Source: Lama guanicoe (taxonomy: Eukaryota). Taken from it: a stretch of DNA of 64,000 nt. Positions within the stretch are counted from its first letter, which is position 1, and each line of letters opens with the position of its first letter. Position numbers and translations under genes: made by a program. The notes beneath the pieces were generated by a model, which worked only from the letters and a program-made list of their open reading frames with translations, ran no database searches and was not told the DNA's origin. Below, one piece after another: positions 57,401 to 64,000 of the stretch. Location of the stretch: the NCBI GenBank assembly GCA_013239625.1, contig MU056029.1, positions 62,001-126,000 on the forward strand, written 5' to 3'.

Positions 57401-59925
57401 ATTTTTATTAGTAGATATTCAAGAAGTTAACTAATATCATCATTTTCAAATTACCCAAGCAAAGACCATATAGGTCTCTGCAAATCATAAAACTGTACTT
57501 CAATTAAAAAAAAAATTTACTAGTATTTCAAGCCCACTTTATTTTACAGGCCAGTAAAAACTATCAAACTATTAGAAGAAAAAAATGTGCCATCCCATAT
57601 AAAAAGTTTTTGTCATTTTGAATAAATTATTCAGATATGTCATTTTACAGGAAACAGAACAAATGATATATTTTGTCTAATAAAATTATATTGGTCAAAC
57701 AATATTACTGACAAAAGTTTTAATCTATCTCTTTAATCAAAAGAGTAACAACCTTGTCATCAAATACATAAGCAGAGGCTAATTTTAGAGTCATGTAGAT
57801 AAATCCTATCTTCATTGTGACAAATGGACCCTTGTACTGTTCAACATACAAAATTTCTTAATGCAACTCCTACTTCTACTTTAATGTATTTCCTTAAGAG
57901 TAAAACACATCATAAAATACAAGTGATCAATGAATGAACAGCTTCTAACAGTTGAACTACAAAAATAACAAATTTTACCATACCACAAATCTGATCTTTG
58001 GTCCTTGCTTCCAGACTATCAACATCTTCTTTTACGGGCCATAACTCTTTAAGAACACACCCTCAGGTTTTTTCTATTAAGGATATATAAGCATCTTCTG
58101 CTAAACATCAGTAATCTCTTCCTGAAAGTGTGAAACTGTTAATTGGGAGCATTTTTCCCATTATTTTAGATGGAAAAAAATTATACCTTTTTACATGACA
58201 ATGTTAAAAAAAAAACAACAAGCCCTATCAAGCCCTATCTAATTTCTTAAAATGTATCCAATACATAGTAAATATCTATTATAAATAATTTTCCAGTTAG
58301 GACATAGAGCACCCTGCTTCCTAATCATCAAATCATGAAGTTGTTAACAAAGAATTATCATCTTAGTGGGTAAGATTCTAGACCTTCTGTTGACATGTCA
58401 TCCTCTTCAGAACATCTTCAAGTGATTCTGACCTTCTACTAATTCTGTAAAAAATGTACCAATACTTAATCCTCACAGTGTTTTGTTTAAAATGTTAAAC
58501 TGAATTTTTCAGACATAAATACAACTTGTTAAAAAAATTTAGAAATATAAATATTCGTAACATTTGAGTATCAATAAGAGGTGTTACACTGAGAAAAACA
58601 AGAAATGAGACATTTTTGTATGATACACCTGTATATTCTGTGATATATGTGTACCTGAAAAATACTCAATCTATAAAAGTTTACACTTAAATAGAGCTTG
58701 GGGCAGACTATTCAATACCTACGAAACTGTACTAGAGCTAACAAATATATAACCCTCAAAATAAAAAAGTACTAGTGCACTTAATACATTCTTAATTCCC
58801 AACAGAAATATACTATAATAAATACATAATGTTGCAGGAAAAAGGGTGTGTTGTGGGTGGGAGGTAGCATATTGGAAGAAAGCATGAGGAACTGTTAAAT
58901 TACACAGACTTGAGCTAGTACGCAGAGACTAAGGATACAATCATTCAGTAAGCATCTCTAAGATGAAGCACATAGCCAAAAGATGGGTACATCCATCCTG
59001 TGCTACAACCATCCCCAACAGCTTGCTGCATTCAACTGTGCCAGCACATCCTACGTTCACAGTAACTGGTGCTCTGTGATGCACACTTGTTGGGGAAATG
59101 TGTATAATGGAGTCTATGCAACTTCCACACTATACATATTGACAATATTCACCTTTTATCCACAGTATGTGAACTAATTCGTGAAATAGAAATACCCGCA
59201 TTGATGTAATAAGGTTGTATAAAGTTATGAAAGCATCTTTATTGTGGAAACAGAGTAGAAGCTATTAACACAACTCCATTTCATTAATTAATTTAAACTT
59301 GATTCAAATGATATTACTGAAAATTTTAGAGGTATTCTCTAACATGTATGTCCTAAACAAAAAGCTTCCTCTTTTAAAATACAATTACCTCTCGTAGGGC
59401 TGGTCATTCAGAAATTCAATTACCTTTGTTTCTAATACTGACTTACCATCACTGAGAGAAAGCAAGCAAGCCTGGAGTTGATTTTTAAAAAGTTTTAACA
59501 ATTTTAGAATACAGGATCATTTAGAAAACAAAATAAGGCTTGGGTGAAACTACCACGGTTAGGAGATGATTCTTGGCAATATGAGTGTGCCGAACGCCTG
59601 GGAGACTCAGGTAAGTGGGACACGTGAAGAATATATTAGAACGAAGAACTGAATTACTTCTCAGATAACTATTACAAAATGTTGCCTTGCCTTCAGAAAT
59701 AGAAAAAGATCACCGATTCCTCTTTCTGGTTCTTTCACCACTGAGTGCTTAGGTTCCAAAGTGCATGCCAGATATTTAGTTCAGCTCTTCAATAACTTAA
59801 ACAGACTTTGTAGCCTAGTTTAGGTGATTAACTACCACTTAATACATTTTTTCTTAGTGGAAAATATTTAAGAGTTCCAATCCATCCATTAACAAAGGAA
59901 CTTTTGGGAATATAACCTGCTTCTA

Positions 59926-59963
59926 TATAAGTACTGCATGCTAACCGATTGCGCCACTGGAGC
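59926..59963 (-). pseudogene. Tailless retrocopy of the tRNA-Ile(UAU) 5' half
   Basis: Minus strand GCTCCAGTGGCGCAATCGGTTAGCATGCAGTACTTATA is 35/38 to the recalled tRNA-Ile(TAT) 5' exon; flanked by 15-bp direct repeats TATAACCTGCTTCTA (59911-59925, 59967-59981). Confidence 0.88.
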
Positions 59964-60179
59964 ACCTATAACCTGCTTCTAATTAGGGACCATTCAAACA
60001 GTAAAATATAGTTAAATCATTAACTCAATTATTAGTTGTCTTTTACCATAATAAAAAATCATCTCCACTATACTATCTTGTCCTAAGGTCAAAAAGGCAA
60101 AATAAGCAAACAAATAAAAACAAACCTCACACATTTTTTTTAAAGCTCCAATTTTTTTTCAATCAGAAATTCTCAATTA

Positions 60180-60536
<357 letters not shown>

Positions 60537-63319
60537 TTAGTGCAGCTCTCAGGTACAAAGCTCAACAGATCATCAGCAAAGCCAAAGTTAGCCAAGCACT
60601 GAAGTAATAAACTTGCATATTAATATGAGGTGTAGAAAACGGAGATACACCATTTACACAGAACTTTTAACTAGGGAGATATTTGATTGTTATTTCCTAA
60701 GATGCCATGATAAAGAATACTGATGCCCGTCAAAATAGTTTGTTTTAATAGAACACGCTTTCCTTTGGTTTTAAGGGGAGGGGGGAGGTTGTTGATGTGC
60801 TTAAACTGTTTAGCACAACAGCTACAAATGCCAAGTTTTATGGCTGAGTATTAGTATCTTACCACTTTAAAAATTAACATTAAGAAAATGAAAGTCTATT
60901 TAAATATCAATTCAGCTTTCCTTTACACAATTACCATTTTGTTTCAACAGTCTGTAAATACTTGATCTACAGTTAATACAGAACTTGTATGGGGAACAAA
61001 AAGTCTTCATCCCCCAACTATCTACTATATGGAGATCTAAAAAGAAACGTATTAATAAAATATCCAAAGTTTGTGTTATACCACAAGAAACTGGCTCCGA
61101 ACAGACAATCTTGAACCCAAAAGCGTCATTAAACTTCCTCATTAATATCAAGTCACAGGAACACAGAATACTCTAAACTCCCTCTAGAGCTAAATTTTAT
61201 ATTCTTACTTTGTGAATTTAAAGTATGTGGATTAATGCTCCATTATGGCTGGTCCAGCAGAGCTAGCCAGCAAGGACACTGAAGAAGGGATCATTTTAAG
61301 AAGCAAGAAGCTGGACTACATGATCTATCTCTATGGTTTATTCAGCTCTTAGTATCTGTACTTCTACTACTGAAGATATGAGATCACTGTAAGTAGTCTA
61401 CTGGACCCAAAGAAACATAATTCATAGCTATTCCTTTTGGTTCCAAATACACATACAGGAGTAAAAACTACAAATAATCAGAACTATTTAAAAAATAATT
61501 AACCTAATTTAATTCTCCATATATTCCTACAAGTACCTCACAAACATGTAGGACTAAATGGCAAATGGCATTAGTTTACATCTTGTCAACTGTGAGATAC
61601 ATCTTGTTAATCATGAGAAACTAAACAAGACGACAAATAAGGGACATACCAATAAGTCTAATTTTGTCTCAAAAGTAGGACTTTGTCTCTAAACTATCAA
61701 AGTAAGTGATAAAGAGTAATAACTCAAACACATTCAATTCACTGTGGTGCTGTTTTTCAAATGTTCCATGCAAATTTACCACTCACTGCATGCAAACAGA
61801 GAAAAAAGAAAACCCCACAAAACGCACTTAAAAATTGCATGAACATGACTTGATATATCTTATAAACAATTCAATGCCTGAAAATTAAAACATATTATTT
61901 CAGATATGTCACTGTGCAAAGTACTAAAGTGACAACATGTAAAGAAAGAGAAATATAAAATCTAGAAGATTTATACCATATGTTGCTATTCCTCTTCCAA
62001 AATGCAGTAACTTTCCCTAGTGAGAATGTAAATAGGTATGAATTTCCTTTATGGAGGAAAATTATGAACAGGTATCAAAAGTCTTAAAAATGAAACAGAG
62101 GATGAACCATACAAATCAAAGATGCCGTTTTGGGGAGATAATATGACAATTTTGTAAAAATGTTCTGTTTCTATAAAATCTGGAAAAAACTGACATGCCC
62201 AACAATAGGAGATTAAATGAACTGATAACCATTCACACAATGGAATAACTAAAAATTATCAAGCTCTGAATGTGGCAGACATCATTAATTGATCTTTTAA
62301 TTGTAAGTCAGTTACAATGTAGTAAGTGTAGTTAGAAGCCGTTTTTATTTCAAAGTGTTAGTAGTCATTTTCTCTGAATAATGTGATTAAATGGGTTTTT
62401 AAAATTATTCTATCACTTTGCTTCTGATTTATTTTTCTATAATACATTACTTATATATTAAAATTAAGGAATAGGGAAGAGGAAAATGTTAGTGGTTTTA
62501 AAACTTCATACACGTGATTTGAATAGCCTCAAGATTACTAAACTGTCCTTATGGTTTTTTAAAAATTAATTTTAAGAACCGAAATACTAAAACAGTCTAG
62601 CTGTTTTTCTTAATGTCAGGTTTTGTCTTAAAAACACCACCAAATAAACAAAACCAAAAAATTGCAGTCATATACATAATGCTTCTGGCATGTAATGCAT
62701 AAAGAAGTGTGAACAGGAAAAACAGGACAAGACCAAGAAATGAAAGACCAGCTTTAAGCCTCAAAGCAGCTGTACAATCTGAACCAGCAATTCCCCAGGG
62801 CTCAGCTTCCCATCTTTAAGCCTCCGTTCAGTTCTAAGTCTGCAACAGGGAGGTGAGCAAGGAAGGAACTAGCATTTGCTGAATGTCTGGTAATACAGTG
62901 GACACATCTAGGCACTTTGACACAGGTCATCTCCTTTGAGTCCCATGACTCTGAGGATTATCTTCACACAGCCCAAAAAGGAGACAGAACTGAGAGTCAA
63001 ATCATGTATCCAAGGTCACACAAAGGAAAGTAAGGAACTAGGGTAAGAGTAGGAGTCCAGAGAAGACCTCTGGTTTCAGAGTCTAAGTTGTTTCCATGAC
63101 ATTGTCTTACAGAAGGTGATACATTTCAAAATTCTTAACAAGGGTAGTACGAAAAAACTTCATGGAAAAAGTCCCATAAATAATGTGTATTGAGGAACAG
63201 GTAGCACTATACTCTGCAAAGTTAATACATCTATAATTTGTTGAGGACCTATGTGCTAGGCACTTTACAGACATTCTCACTTTGGAAGGTGGTAAACCCT
63301 TCTAACGATTACAAGTTAA

Positions 63320-63560
63320 AAGCTCACACTCTGAGGCCAGACTGCCCAAGTTCACATGCTGGTTCTGCCACATAGTAACTATGTGACCTTGGATGAGTTT
63401 ACTTAAATCTCCCTGGGTCTGTTTCCTCATCTTAAAAATGATGGTGTATGTAAGAATGATTATGGCTGCGAGAGAGTTAAATGAGTTTTTATGTATACAC
63501 ACACACACAGTGCTTAGGACATAGGATGACACACAGTAAGCACTATGTGTTAGCCAGTAT
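63320..63560. mobile_element. MIR SINE (other MIR-like pieces at ~21830-21980, ~46230-46450, ~47380-47600, ~62870-63100)
   Basis: Core 'tatgtgaccttggatgagtttacttaaatctccctgggtctgtttcctcatct'. Confidence 0.75.
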
Positions 63561-64000
63561 CATTACTGTTACAACTGTTACTACCATCCTCACAAGTCTA
63601 TGAATTAGCAGCATTAATCCTCACTCTGCTGATGCTCAGAGCAGTCACGTAACAAACCACACATCTAGTTAGAGAGTTGAACCCAAGTTTGACTCCAAAA
63701 CTTGGGCTTTTAATACCATTGAGGGTACATTTAACATAAGAGTAGGCCCTCTATTTGATCTGCTTCTCTGCACCAAGACTTAGATGTAGTAGCTAGACTG
63801 CTGAAACCGGACTGAAAGGAAGCCATTGCCAGAACCTCCATGTTACCAGTGCAATCACCCACGACCAGCAGTTTTCTTCTTTCCAATGACACCTTGGATT
63901 ACCTGCGTACAATTCTGTATCTCCATCTAATTTAGAGCATATAAAAAAGCCTCTAAGTTGGGAATGTGTACACTAATAATGACATTCTAGTAAATGACTG

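Overview
Eutherian mammal genomic DNA from the Prader-Willi/Angelman imprinted domain (possibly a camelid, judged only from L1 3' end style and the absence of obvious Bov-tA/PRE/Can SINEs; low confidence). Left to right: (1) the distal end of the SNORD115 (HBII-52) tandem array, about three ~2.05-kb units each carrying a C/D box snoRNA in a 182-183 nt intron of the SNHG14/UBE3A-ATS host; (2) SNORD109B at ~11.8 kb; (3) an intergenic stretch with L1s, LTRs and an unexplained intronless, CpG-rich 370-aa ORF on the + strand (20011-21123); (4) UBE3A (E6AP) on the - strand, with nine intact coding exons (60501 to 34315) and its 3' UTR; the start-codon exon was not identified and presumably lies beyond the window. 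Most notable: the orphan ORF between SNORD109B and UBE3A, an L1-processed miniature ERV transcript (R-U5-PBS-218 nt-U3-R-polyA with TSDs) whose U5 carries a tRNA-Ile mimic, and a TSD-flanked tailless retrocopy of exactly the 5' exon of tRNA-Ile(UAU) in a UBE3A intron. Reference sequences and repeat family names were recalled from memory, not searched.
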